From: Azolla caroliniana
Lineage: Eukaryota > Plantae > Polypodiophyta
Assembly: GCA_043228905.1 (NCBI GenBank)
Contig: JBHGNT010000015.1
Coordinates: 18,538,001 to 18,602,000, forward strand
Length of the DNA: 64,000 nt
Direction: 5' to 3'
Made by a program: the position numbers and the translations under genes. The notes beneath the pieces are model-generated. The model searched no databases, was not told where the DNA came from, and worked only from the letters and a program-made list of their open reading frames with translations. Numbering within the stretch: the stretch's first letter is position 1; each line of letters begins with the position of its first letter. Below are positions 23,386 through 37,500 of this stretch, in pieces.

Positions 23386-25004
23386 AGTGGAGCATAAGAA
23401 GATAACTCCACGTGTATCCCTAAATAAACCTTCACAAAGTGCCAATTAACAATATTCAAAAATTGCCTCCCTTGCAGAATATGTATAATGCCCTCCAAAT
23501 CGAAGAGGAAAGTTCACAAGAAGTGAATAATGGGGATCATTCATCATTCCACCTTCCTCAACAGAAACTCAAGTCAAGTTCTTCCTCATAGAAGATAGAC
23601 CAACACTCTACTCAATTCGATACATCATTTCCAAAGTTGGTGGCTGGATAACTGCCCTTAAAATTGTTGAGAATCGGCAAATTTTGGTCAAGTCTACTAA
23701 TTCGGATTCTTCCGATAAGCTTAAACGAAAAGTTGCCTCTAATCTACAAGTTAATATGCACGTGGCAATGCCTAAAGGTACAATTATGGAAATGGCAAAA
23801 AAAATAGCAATTCAATGTCTTTGATAATTTAGTTTATTCGGATAAGCACAAAGGACAACCAGTGGATATTGAAATGACTCAAGATGTAGATAAGCACATT
23901 CATGCTGGATTTCAATTTATAGTTACACAAGATCCTTTGACAATCCAAAATTTTGAAAAGTTGGTCAAGGAACATATGTTACATAAGTATGCAGGGAAGG
24001 ATTTGCTTTTGAAAAGACAAATGAGAGCTTAGGAGGTTGCCAAGAAAAGACGTCAGGATACTCTTCTTGAGAAAAGGACATCTCTAAACCCTATGTAATA
24101 TGGATGCCCTACATTTTCTTTCCTGGAATGTGCAAGGTCTAGGTGGTCAAGCTTTTCCAGATTTAAAGGACTCTTACGTTCAAATTTAGGTACTTCTAAT
24201 GTTGGTACAATTGATATTCTCTTTCTACAAGAGCATCACGTGTGCAGGGATAGGATTCAGAAGTATAGCCCCATTTTACCAGGAAGGTGGACTCATTTTG
24301 GGTTCTTGCCTTTGGTCCAAATGGCCGCCAGGCTGGATTATGTATTGCTCTTAGACAGCACTTGCAGTCTATTATCTTGTCAACATGTACTATTATGAAT
24401 AAACAGGCGTAGTTTCTTATTGTAAAAATAGGGTTTCAAAAGGTTGGCCTAATGAATATCTACGCCCCTAACTCCGCGTCAAATAGGGCATGTTTGTGGG
24501 TGTCTCTTTTGGAATATGTGGGTTTAACATATTGTTGGTTAGTGGGAAACGATTTTAATATGATCGAGGATGCTTCCGATAGAATAGGATGTTCAACTAC
24601 TACAATTTCAGGTTCGAAAGCTAAGTATTGGGACTCCTTTGTTTTGCCTTTGGTGTGCTTGATTTATGGAAGGTGCATTCTTTCTCACGTATACAAGGAT
24701 CCCTACAATTTTCTAGATTAGATGGGAGTGTGCCTAGTGCTACTTTCTCTCAACTGGATAGATTTTATGCCAAAGGTTTTTTTGGGATGTGGGCGGATCC
24801 CTTGGCATTATTCCGCGATCAACGATATCTAACCATGACCCTCTGAAGTTAAATGTTACATTTAATAAGAAGTGGTACTCTAAGCAGTTGCATATTCCTC
24901 CTTCCTTGCTATCTAATGATAGCCATCGGATGTCAATTGTTCAGATATGGTCAAAATACAACTTGTCGGATGATTGTTTGCTTCGTAATATGGTTAATGT
25001 CATA

Positions 25005-25710
25005 CTTGATACAAAGAATTTCTTCATGAATAAAGTTTCAGATTCGGTGCATCACTGCAATTCAAAAATTGCCAATTTGTGTCGTGCTCTCATAGCAAAT
25101 TATAGAAACTGTTGGAAAGGTATCCACCTTCATATATGCTACTTTCTGATTTGTGGCGGCTAAAAAGAAGTTTAAAAGAAAAGCAACTGGCACGTTCGAT
25201 GTTCCTCTTGAAATGTAAATGGTTGTAGTAAACAATATGTCATTTCATTTGTAATCTTCAGCTGAACAGTTGCAAATATAACTTGTTTCTTATTTAAAAG
25301 ACTTCTATTGTAAAAGTTGTAGTAGACAACAACTGATGATAGTAATCTGAAACTATACCTCGCATCTCAGAGTTATCTGATGTATATGATCCATCAAGTC
25401 GTTTCAAAGAAGTAATGGAGATAGGTTTATATTTTCGTTTGAACTGATTGAAGAATTCCTTATTGACTCGATCTTGCTTTTGCGACCAATGAGGACATTA
25501 CCATAAAAGAGGAACAGCGAACGTGCCAGTTGCTTTTCTTTTAAACTTCTTTTTACCCACTACAAATAAGAAAGTAGCATATATGAAGGTGGATACCTTT
25601 CCAACAATTTTTGTAATGCTACGAGACCACGACACAATTGGCAATTTCTGAATTGCAACGATACAACGAAGTTGAAACTTTATTCGTGAAGAAATTCTTT
25701 GTATCAATTA
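25005..25710. repeat. Inverted duplication (~200-bp arms, ~300-bp inverted spacer) within LINE ORF2
   Basis: ~25007-25209 is the reverse complement of ~25507-25707; the spacer reads as LINE ORF2 on the minus strand. Confidence 0.9.
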
Positions 25711-26008
25711 TGGCATCTCCAGGAAAAGACGGAATAGGAGTTGGTTTCTACTTACATTATTGGGATTTTCTTGGCCCTATCCTCACTAGAGTGACTAATC
25801 TACTATTTTCAACGGGAACTATGCTGGCGGAATGGATGGAAGGAATAATATATATGATTCCTAAGTCAATGTGATGAAGTCTCTAAGTGGCGGCCAATAA
25901 CATTGCTCAATGATGGTTATAAGATTGTGGCAAAAACTATTGCCATTAGATTATGATCTCTATTTCCATCTATTATTCATGACACACATTCTGGTTTTAT
26001 ACAAGATA

Positions 26009-26831
26009 TGACAGGAACTACACGCTCCGATGAACAACGCTCGGCCACAACCGAGCCTAGAATAAAACAAAGAAAAAAACAGGGAATGGACACAACACGA
26101 TAGAGAGAAGAGTACATTGGATGTTTACGTGGAAAACCCAAACTTGGGAAAAAACCACGGCAGCCCACAGACCGCAAACTATCACTATGTCAGAATGTAC
26201 AATAAGAAAGCACCGAGGCCACGACCTCAAGCTTGCTATCTTCGCCACAGGCGGCGGTTACAATCAGAGGCAACGACCTCTTCCTCTCTCACACTCTCTC
26301 TGTACACAGTTGCACGCTCTAATCTTGCACCAACAAGAATGACAACACACTCACATCTCTGTTTGCCCTAAGTCATATTTATACTAATATGACTTTTCGG
26401 CTATTTACAAATATAGCCCCGATGGACTCTCAGAAACATATTTACAAATATGTCCCTTCATCCGGTGAGCTCTTCTCACCGGGTCTTCACCATCCGGCTC
26501 TTGCCGGGTACACCACATCCGGTTCTCACCGGGTCTTCCGTAGCCGGGTACTCCACATCCGGCGCTTGCCGGGTACACCACATCCGGTTCTCACCGGGTC
26601 TTCCGTAGCCGGGTACTCCACATCCGGCGCTTGCCGGGTACACCACATCCGGTTCTCACCGGGTCTTCCGTAGCCGGGTACTCCACATCCGACGCTTGCC
26701 GGGTACACCACATCCGGTTCTCACTAGGTCTTCCGTAGCCGGGCACTCCACATCCGGTTTCGGCCTCGGCCGAGTTTGCTCATCAGTACTGTTCTTCTCA
26801 CTTCCCATCTGGAGAGACCTATTTCCTAACA
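26009..26831 (-). mobile_element. Solo LTR, family A, inserted in LINE RT
   Basis: TGACAGGAA...TTCCTAACA, TSD AGATA (26004-26008 / 26832-26836); 65-bp (25+40) internal repeats. Confidence 0.94.
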
Positions 26832-29800
26832 AGATAGAAGCATTTTTTATAATATCTTTTTATTCTAGGAAATGGTTTCATTAGCTCAGCAAAATAAACA
26901 ACAGTTGACAATATTACTGAAGGACTTTGAAAAAGCCTATGACAAAGTAGACTGGATTTTCTTGAGGCAGTGCTATCAAGATTAGGTTTTCCTAATGCAT
27001 GGATAACTAGTGTTTCGGCCTTTAAATACATGTTGGCCTTTAGCTTAGTTTTGTTCGTTGGAGGATATGAGCCAATATTTCCAATTTCCAGGTCAGTTAG
27101 GCACGAATGTCCTCTTGCCCCTTTGCTTTTTATCTTGTTCGGGTAAGCTCTGTCCTCATTCGTAAGATCTTCTTCGGTTGGCATAAAAGATATAGCATTA
27201 CCTATTGCACAGTCTACTGTATTGGATGTTGAGTTTGCAGATGATACGACCCTCTATGTTGATGGGGGGGGGGGGGGGGATCTCGAATAATGGCCAAAGT
27301 TGCTTGGAAGGTGTTGATTCAACCTAAAATCCATGGAGGGTTGGGTTTGGTAGATCCTTTGATGTGGTCAAGAGCCTTCTTGGTTAAGTTTGTGATCCGA
27401 GGATTGTTGCCAGGGTTAGAAACCTGGAAAGGAATGTTTCTAAATCAGCTAATGAAGTTAAGTCTTAAGATGGGGGGAGTTTGGTCTCCCTCTCTAAAAT
27501 GGTTGTTCTTGAGTGATGTGCAAACACCAAGGCGGGATCTAGCATCTAATCGAATTTTGTTAGGAATCATATGGGCATGGGATGGGATTAAGCCATTTTT
27601 TATTAAGGAGAAGCCTTCTACTTGGGATGCACTGCTTAATTAGCCTCTTCTTGCAAATTCTCTATTTCGGGATAATGAGGAAAAGTGTTGGGCCTTAGAA
27701 TTCACCTTGCTTGGGTTAAATTGGATAATGGGCCAGCTGCATCTGTAGGCACCTAGATTCAATTCCAGCAGATGCCACAAGCATATCGTCTTGCAACATT
27801 TACAAGTTGTTCATGGTGCCAAGATAATGATGACTGCCATTTCAGCAGCATATTCCTCATTGACGGCAACCTTCCAACCCATACAAGAATATTATTGGTT
27901 TGGATGCTTCATAAATGACACATTGTTGGTTGTCAAGGGTATCTCCCCTAATGGGTGCATTTCGTATTTTGAGGTTCTTGATAACAATAGATTGAAGACT
28001 CATGTCTTTGACTGCAACTATCTACAACACATGTGGAATGCACCAATCAGAGTGGTTGCTAAAATGGGAAAGAAGTGGTTGCTTGGTCCTTACCCTTCCA
28101 TCGCTCATATGTGTGATATGATGTGGTTGTACGCAAAATAACCTGTTGCAAGATTACTATGGGATCTGAGGGGTTGGTTCTAGTCATATTCCTTTGGGGA
28201 ACAGATCATAAAGGTTCCCTTCTTTCAATATTCAGTGAAGCTTGGAAGGTCATTACTAATGTCTACAAATGTAATGGTGCCAACAGCTCAAAAACATTGG
28301 ACTAACTAGGGTGTTTCAACGTTGCAGTTGAAAACCTATTGGAGATGGATCTAGTCTTTCAAGGGGCCCACTAAATTTATTCTTTTTAGATGGCTATTAG
28401 TGCATGCAACATTACCAATTGGCTAGTCATGGAAAGGGAATGTAGCACCTAACCTCAAGCAATGTGGCTTTCGCTATGCAACTCAGGAGACTACAAAGCA
28501 TGCCCTCTAGTCTTGTCCCTTGGCTCAACAAGTATGGAATAAAGTTCTTTCTTTATTTCTAACTATCAATGTTGGTTGCTTGTTCTTATGGGGAGCAGCG
28601 GTGTGGGGAATTTTACATTCCAGCTTGATGTTGTATGAGGCAGATGATATTCAAGAGGCCATGATGGTACACAATAGAAGATTGATATCGGTTAGTCCAT
28701 TTCTGCAACCTCAAAAGCAGGTGCGATCTGTCCAGGTCTGGAAAATTGTGACTATGGTAACGTTATGGGTATTATGGAAATGTAGATGTAGTTGACTTTA
28801 TGATGCAACAAATCTTGGTCCTTCAGATGTACTGCTTGAGATATGGGAAACATTGCTGACATTAGTCTGTGGGCAGTATGATAATATGCATGGTTCTCCA
28901 GAAAATGTTCATAAGAGAAGGACGAAGCTTCTTCACTTATGGAGGAAGTTGCCCCTCTTTGTAGTGTCAAATCAAGGGCCTCAATGGAACTATCAACTTC
29001 CATGGACCCTTTCTTGAATATCAGTACATCATGGTAATGTACCATATCAAGGTTCAACACCCCTTTATAAGTTGCTTTTGTATGTACAAGTTTTGGTGTA
29101 CATACAATGTCTTTTATTCTATGTTGTAACCCTCTGTGCAGATAACTTCAACTTGTAGTCTTCAGACGTTTTTTAATACTATAGAAGAAAATCTTTCAAG
29201 GAAAAAAAAACAAAGTTAAAATGATTTGTATACAATAGCAACAATAGAGGTAAGACCCAAACTCACTATTTCATCTCTATACCTAATGTTGCCCTCTATG
29301 CTCGGAGAATTGTTGTTCAATAAGACAACCTTAGGTGAAAGTCTTTGACGAAAATAAATGTCAATAGGTCCCACACAAATGACAAAATTTAAACTTGTGA
29401 TGTTTATGCGTGGGTAATTTTCCACATTTGACTTGTCTTATTGTAATGACATATTTGAATGCTTCAAATAACTTGCTCAATTTTGATTGTTTTTTGTTTT
29501 CTTGTGTTTTGGTCGCAAAGCAATTGTGAAAGGAGGTGATAAGGTATGTCGTTGTTAGCATTTTCTTTTAAACTGGAAATGGGGCATATTTGTCACTTCC
29601 ACTATGGAAGAATGTCAATGTGTTTTTTTGGAAGAAAAAAAAAAAAAAAAAAAATGTCAATGTGAACGTTGCAAAGCAATCTTGTGTGGAATGAATGTTA
29701 GTCTTAATGTCAAGAAAGCGGCTTTCTAGGAGCACTCTGTGTGTCCATGATCTTCAATTAAATTTTCAACAAGCTCTTATAATAAATGCAACATCAAAAC

Positions 29801-32800
29801 CCACTATTGAAGACTTCGACCGCGAACCTCCATGTTGCAAGTGCACGAACTTTACCACTCCACAATCATGTTTATAGATTATTAAACTTGTAAAAGGAAT
29901 CGTTTGTGAGGACACAAAGGTCTCTTATTTTATGTGAAAAGCTAATGCTTTCACATTGTGCTCTATTGCACAATGTCTTGCTAGAATTGTCTTTGTAAAG
30001 AGGATTTTTTGGGAGGAACATAATTTGAAAAGCTATTGAAAACATTGGACACTAATGGAGAAAAACAACATCAGTACCTTGTCTTTACTAAGGCCCTACA
30101 TGAAATATGTTGTCCACATTTACATACCATTGGTAATTCCTCCATCTCTCATGGAGAGTTTGTAAAGTTTTGTTAATCACAACTTTTGCAACAAGAGGCA
30201 TTGCATCATGATGTGCTTTGCACATTTTGTCTTGTCTATCTAGCATTTGAGGCCTTTTAAGATTAGGTTGAGATTGTGCACATCAATAGTTTGCTTTTCG
30301 CTTCGACCGGTGGCTTGAAATCAATTCCCTCTCAATTTACTAGTTGAACAAGTTACGATTTACATACATAATTCTCATCATACCTCTATAAAAAATCAAT
30401 CAATATAAATCACGTGGGTGATATCCGATGTCATTGTGAAAGAGAAATTTCAGCAATCTCTTACAAAATTTAGTTGTTTGAATCTAAACTTTTTTTGCTT
30501 CTTATCCATTATTAAAAAAGGACCATATTTTATATAAACATTTCAATCAAACATATGCCCTAGAGTTGATGACTATACTGTCTATACATACATAAAAGCC
30601 AAATTAATAGTTCCCCAAATATGGTGCTTGGTTGCTCTTTTGAAACAATTGTTGTTTTCACATGGTCACAATATATTAGACGACAAGAGTCAGATTCTGT
30701 TTGTTGACAAAAAGACGACAAATTTAAAATTCAAGGTCCCAATATTCAAAGACGCGAGTTGGGCTATGTGCATGGGCTTGCAAGCACCAAGGAACTTAAC
30801 CTTGGGTGATGAACTAAAAGAATGCATTTTAAGTCTTAACAACGAGATATAGCTTAATGACAACGTATTCATGAGTCTTTTCGTCGGTCTTCCTTCTGAT
30901 CATTCTTTTGTTGCATATAGCAATAAAACCAAAGTATGTTCCAGACTAACACCATGAGCAATGATTCTCAATAGCAAAGACGTAAAAGTTGTTCAATATA
31001 AAACATCTTCGTGCATTTTACTCCCCTTAGGCCATTTACATGCAACCATTATATCACTATCACTTTTAAACCTCAAATATTGAAATTGATCAAGCATTCT
31101 CAATTATGAGATGTGGTTGGTCTCAAATGAAATCTATTAGGAAAGCTAGTGATATCTATAGAGTTAAAGAAAATCATATGGCCCACCCAAGAACACCAAG
31201 TCTAATATCACATGCTTAGAATAAATATTGAAATTTTAAGGGAATGCAAACATAAATTTGCAATGTAAACCAAACGTGCAAAGTAGATAAGTATGTGGCA
31301 AGAACGAGTGGGCATCATAAGTGAGCAATTATTAAGATGATCTATGTATAATTGTGGCTACATGAATGTCCATTATATGTGAGATCATTATAACATACAT
31401 ATGGATAGGACGCATGGTAGTTGAAACTTTTTTCCAAGTAGTGGTTTCGATACAAATATCATGGAGCCCTCCCAATAATAGATACCCATACCTTGTCTTC
31501 ACTTCCTTGATCCAATTAGCACTTGCCGAGCATAAACAATGCTGATAAGTTCAAATGAGCATTTCTCTAGATACATGGAGATAAATCTTATACAGGACCA
31601 AAGTGCAATGAATATGCACCTTTTCATATTAGTGTGGAATAGAGATTAGAAGATGGGAGAAGATAAACAATTGATTTTATGAGTTTTGCACGGTGATATT
31701 TGAGGCAAATGCCAAATGTATATTCCAATATGGTTTGGACCATTCCAACATGTCGAGCAACTTGAGAACCAAGAATGTTTGAACCTATAGCTCAAGGAAC
31801 TTCAAAAACGCAAAAGTATGTGTATTGAAAGATGAACCACTCCCAAACCCATTGGAAGAACATAAGTTCATCAACCTCAACCTATCTTGTTGCATACTAC
31901 ATGCCCACAACTCATTTAAGCCCGAATAACGCATAGCTACAAGACGTCCAAGACACAATAAGAATTAAACAACCTCCTCACAAATATACAAAAGCCATCA
32001 TTGTGAAGTATCAAAAGCTTTGGTTAAGACTTCTCCACAAAGATAGGAGTTGAGGCATTGGGGCACTGGGGCACTGCTCTTTTCTTTACTTAGTGTCTAT
32101 TAATTTTCATTTCTCAACAAACCAAGGAGCTATAATATCTATATAGTTTTAGTTTCACATACCATATTGGCCACTTTCAAGACCTTATTATGTTGGGTCT
32201 ACTTCATTAAGAAGCCTAATGTACCAAAAACCTTTATATTAATATTTTGCACATATCGCATATGTATTTATTTGTAGTCATGATAGAGACTCGAGAGGCA
32301 TGATTTGCCCACATTATATGTATCTACTTTAACTAGTTGCAAAATGTTTGCACACCTTCCTAGACCTACGAAAGTCTTGTCAAAATATATATCAACAAAA
32401 TCCAATCCGATCATCTAAAAAGATCATCGACATCTTGAATGTTGTCCTTTTTAGTAACCCACATAGTGCCATCTTATCAATTCCTTATTCCGGAGAGGGC
32501 AATCTCATCAGAGGAGCACAAAAATAAACAAGAGTAATGTAATCAAATTTTGTCAAGAACTAATGGGATCTTTTGGTTTGGGGAAGGGCTAGCTCATTAA
32601 AAAGTTTACAAGGTACGGTTACAAGACTTAGACTAGATGTAATGCATTTAAAAAGGGGGAGCCCAAGGACGAGAAAAAGAAAGACTTTACGTGCATTGCA
32701 CAATATAATGCATTGGCTTTTACGCTCCTTTCGCCTACAAGTGAGGAAATGACATCAAGTTTTGAATACTTCCAACAAAAGAAATCCATGTGACACCCTA

Positions 32801-33748
32801 CATTTCACATATACAGGTGCCAGATAGCATAGGCTCTCTCATCTCGCTTTCCCTTTTCATTTGAACGAAATAGCCAACTCATCTCTCTCTCTCTCCCTCA
32901 CCCTCTCTAACTCTCACATCGACTTCCTAAAATTGCATGAGAAAATTTTCAAAAGACAACTTAAAACCTTTAGTTTACAGAATGTAGATAAATGAGAGAT
33001 ATGAAAAGAAAAGCTTTGGCAGATGGGATGAGGTCTTGTCAGATTCCTCGGTGAATGAGGCTCTCTTACAATGCCAATGCATCATGACCCGAAAGAGATG
33101 AAGCTCACTATTTACACATTATGTTATGTTATGTATGTTGCACCAAACTACAAAACCTTATTCCGGAGCTTCTTGTTTGAAAGAATAAACCACTCACCCA
33201 TGCATACTGGAGCTTATCCCCTATTCCACAATTAGCACCATTGTTTCCATATGACATATCACCTCACATTGCCTTTGATGCGAGATGAAGCATTGGAGCA
33301 TTGGTGAGGAGACTTTCCAGATATCCATGGTTTGCCCCAAACAATTCACAAGTCTTAGTATCATACTTCGACATATACCAACTTTTCCTTAATTTTCAAC
33401 ATTGGCCTATCCTTACATTTCCTACAATCACACTATGCGCTTTCAATTTCAATGTGCATGAGTAAAATTCATCAACGTCCAAAATAACTTATCAACTCCT
33501 CATACGCTACACAAAACATTTCCAAGTTGATCCCAGAAGTCAGAGGAATTTAGTGTCACGCCCCTACATGGGTAACAAACAATATTAAAGTGCCAAAAGG
33601 CAAGAATTGTAGTGAGAAATACAAGAGTGAATCTCTACTTGCTCCAATCTCTTAGAAAACAATGAGAAAAATTATCTACCCCTAATGCAAATGGTCTTCA
33701 ACAAAGGAGAAACCCTCGGTTAGAGCCGAATGTAGAGAAGAAAAGGAT

Positions 33749-34013
33749 ACGTGAATGACTCTTCTACCACCAACCTACATTCGAAAATAGATGGAACCGA
33801 TATGTTTCTATCGATTTTGGTATCGTGTTGAAAGAGCCTTCTTTGCAAGCGTATTGACAAATTATGCATTTCATATAGGGAACGTGAATGACTCTTCTAC
33901 CACCAACCTAGGTTCGAAAATAGATGGAACCGATATGTTTCTATTGATTTCGGTATCGTGTTGAAAGAGCCTTCTTTGCGAGCGTATTGACAAATTATGC
34001 ATTTCATATAGGG
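33749..34013. repeat. Tandem duplication, 133-bp unit x2
   Basis: ACGTGAATGACTCTTCTACCACCAACCTA at 33749 and 33882. Confidence 0.9.
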
Positions 34014-34582
34014 GGGGACAAGAGGGACACTTGATCTTGAGTCACGAATTAACACATCTGGTTCTTTTCTTTCAAATGGGAAGCCATACTGGCTTTTTAC
34101 AAAACCATGGGAGTTATTTTCAATGATGCGAGAAAAAAAACCACACAGCGTGCGTCTTCTCGTTGGCCCGTGAAATATGATGGGCTTTGCAAAAAAAAAA
34201 AAGTTTTTCAAACTTAAGGCTTCTCGAGAAAACAATGGATGCCCACCCGCCTTCAAACTCTCCATTGGCGAGCATATTTTAAACAAATGGACGACAAACG
34301 AGCCGGACGATCGATTGAGTCTTTGGCAGGCAGGCAGATTGGGATGACACGACCAACCAACGAAGAATAGCGGCCAGCCAAAAAGAATAGTTCGGCCGGC
34401 CATGGGGCACAACTTGTCGGGACTAGGGCAGGTCATCCCCGAGCACAAGTACACACAAAGGCCCAACGATGTCCTCGATGATGGTCAAGATAGAAAGACG
34501 AAAGGCGAGCGAGATCGAGACCGAGCACGAAAAGGTGGGTGCTTGTGTGTGTGTGAGAGAGAGAGACGGAGAGAGAGGGTCA

Positions 34583-37500
34583 TTAGACCATGTCCTCGAT
34601 GCTCGAGACAAAAGACGCATCCCGATGGCAGGGCGAGGGCGAGTGGTGGACAGAGAGGCGAGAGGGGGGCGAGGGCGAGAAGAACTCGAGGGGCGCGGCC
34701 GGAGGGGGTGGCGCCTCCCCGAGGAGCACCTTCAAGATGGCGGAGATCGAGGGGCGGGACGACGGGAGCCGTCGGATGCACGAGAGCGCAAGCGCGATGC
34801 ACAGGTGGGCCTGGTCCCGGGGGAATGAGCCGTGCAGCCGGTCGTCCACGAGGTCCAGGACATTGCCCGAGTAGGCCAGGCTTCGGGCCCACGAGATGAG
34901 GTTCGCACGCTCGAACCGCCTCATGAGTAGGGTGGGCGAGGAAGAGCCGCCGCCATTATTTTGGGCGGATTCGGACACGGATGGGCCGAGGGTGGAGATG
35001 GGCGGGGATGGCGTGAGCTCGATGGGCCGCCGGCCCGAGATGATGACCAGGACCAGCACGCCGAAGCTGTAGATGTCGCTGGCCTCGGACACGGAGCCCC
35101 CCGCGCCCCCACCGAACTCGGGCGCCACGTAGCACACCGTGCCCCGCATGCTCGTGGTTGTGGTCGTCGTGCTGCTCAGGTCGTCGCTCGCCGCCGTCTC
35201 CGTCGTGGAATATTCCCCCGGGGGTCGTGGCACCGACGAAGATTCCCCAGCCCGCCGTGGAATATTCTCCGACCCGGGGGTGCCAGCCCGCCGCCGCCTG
35301 CGGTCCGAGGGTCGTGCCGCCCCTGCTTCCCGAAACCTGCTCACGAATCGATCCGCCACCATGGATAGGACGGGGCAAGCCCCGCATCTGTCTCCTCCAC
35401 CTTCTTCTGCGCAGCTATGGAGTCCTTCCTCCTCCTCCTCCGCCTCCGCCGCCTGCTCCTCCTCCTCCTTCTTCTTCATCTTCTTCTTCTGCTTCCTGCT
35501 CAGCTCAGCAAAATACTCATCTTTCCACCATTCTCTGCTCTTCCTCCCACTGTGATGATGATTACTCCCCTTCGACCCACCATTACCATGCTCTGATCGT
35601 CTCCTTCTCACATCCGACTCCATTTCCTCCTCCTCTTCTGCTTCTTCTCCTCCTTTTTCTGCTTCTTCTGATAATTCCTGCACAGCCATACCTGATCTCA
35701 TCCCTTTCCTAGAACTCTTCCTCTGCTCCTGCTTCATCTCCTTCCTCTTCTTCATCCGTGCTCTCTCTTCTTCCACCATAGCCATAGCCATCGTCTGATG
35801 CTGCTGCTTCGGCCTCAGCCTCGGCTTCGGCTTTTGTTCCATACCCACCATACTGTCCTGCATCCTTGTTGTGTCTCTGCTTCTATTGCTCTCGCTTGCA
35901 GAGAGCTCACTCCTCATCCATTCCATTACATAATCTTTCACCTTCAATTCGTCACTGTGCTCCTGTTTCCACCACCAATCTCTTCCACTAGACATGGCTG
36001 AGCCTTTCTGTGGTGATCTGGTCCGTGATCTCCTCGGCTGCAGAGATGATGGCATTATACCTGCACTAGCTGGGAAGTGGTAATGATAATCTGTGCGAGG
36101 CGAAAGACTCGACGGTGATAATTCTTGCAGGTTATAATTAGGGCTATCTAGTGGAGTGACCAGCGAGCTCAGATCAGTAGCAGCTATGGCTGCTTTCTCA
36201 GATGGAAGACCTATGGCTCTGTCTTCTGGTGATGCAGAAGCTCCGGCTGTCGCTTCTGGTGATGGAGAGCCTATGGCTGTTTTAACTGATGGAAAAGCTA
36301 TGGTTTTTTCCGATGGAGAAAGGATCTTTACCTGGCCACGGCCTGCAAATCTTGCCACATTATCTGTGGTAGGAGACTGTATCCATGGCGATTCTTCCAG
36401 ATTAGGGCTATCCGGAGCTGTCAGAGGTGCTACATCTGCAGTAGCTATGGCAACTTTCTCTGCCAAAGATGGCATAGACGCGTTTCCCGCTACAGAAGCG
36501 CTAGAAGCTTTTTCTGATAGAGAAGCCATGGCAGCTTTCTCTGATAAAGATGCCGTGAGAGCATTTCCAGGTGGAGTGAAGACCATAGTTTTGATGTCTG
36601 AGTATGGAGAAGCTATGGAAGCTTTCTCCGCAGAATGTGGTGGATAAACCATGGCCACGACCTCTCCAGGATATGGAGAAGCCATAGAAGCTTTCTCTGC
36701 AGAACATAGAGAACCTACAGTCTTTAGACTATGAGAACCAGCGATAATGTTGCCATTGTCTCCACCTCGTATATCAGGCGATCCAAGGTAAGAGCTGGGG
36801 AGAGATAGATCGCCAGCAGCAGCAGAAGCAGAATCATAGGCATTACTTACATTGGCCATAGCTATGGCTCTGTCTGGAACAACTTTTGTCTGCTTCGTCT
36901 TCTCCATGATCTCTGAGCTGCGCAGGTTTGGAGCTTTAATGGCGGCCTGCATTAAGCTCCCACCGAGTGCGTCTGCTTCTTCGGATGGATCGGATCTGAT
37001 CTTGTTGCTGCTACTCTGTTGAAGATCAGAGTTCGGAAGAATTTCCACGCCAATCTGATCGCTGTTACTAATCTTCACCCTGGCTAAGCCAAAGTCTGCA
37101 AGATACCCGCAGAGCTCGCCATCAAGAAGCACATTGCTTGGCTTCACATCGCCATGAATTACAGGTGGATTACATTCAAGATGCAGATAGGCCAGAGCTC
37201 TGGCTATGTCCAAAATTATGCTAAACCTTCTCTGCCAGTCGAGCAATGGCACAGACGAAGATGAACCGCCTGCTGCCGTTAACGCCTTCTCCAGCAGAGC
37301 TTCTTGCAAGCTTCTGTTTTTCATACACTCGTAGACTAACAGGCGTACCTTCTCCCCATGGCTAGAAAACCCTAAAAGCTTCACGATATACCTCGAATCC
37401 AGACGCCTGCAAATCGAAAGCTCGTTCTGGAACTCCCTCTCGCCTTGAGCAGAAGATAGCACCAGCTTCTTCACTGCAACTTCTTTCCCATTTGGGAGGA

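Larger units (their letters stand above)
21800..29213 (+). mobile_element. Near full-length decayed LINE (L1 clade): ORF1 with CCHC knuckle, ORF2 with endonuclease, RT and C-terminal region; 5' limit approximate
   Basis: ORF1 ...DVQILGRKYYQLEF..., CCRCFGFGHLAKYC; ORF2 from ~24100: FLSWNVQGL, LFLQEH, NIYAPN, GNDFN, LDRFY, SPGKDG, WRPITLLN, DFEKAYDKVDW, EFADDT, PKIHGGLG, LWVLWKCR; A-rich tail at ~29201-29213. Confidence 0.9.

Noticed and set aside
26460-26760. CRISPR-like repeat array (also 8640-8860, 2044-3300, 38658-38894)
   Set aside because: Units are contiguous tandem copies without unique spacers, no cas genes are present, and the context is eukaryotic LTR or UTR.
29215-33700. Faint Copia-like traces (~31280-31900, ~33000-33650)
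   Set aside because: Too degraded to delimit or assign by eye.
33897-35712. ORFs 33897-34466, 34402-34899 and others around the kinase 3' end
   Set aside because: GC-rich shadow frames or low-complexity translations with no motifs.
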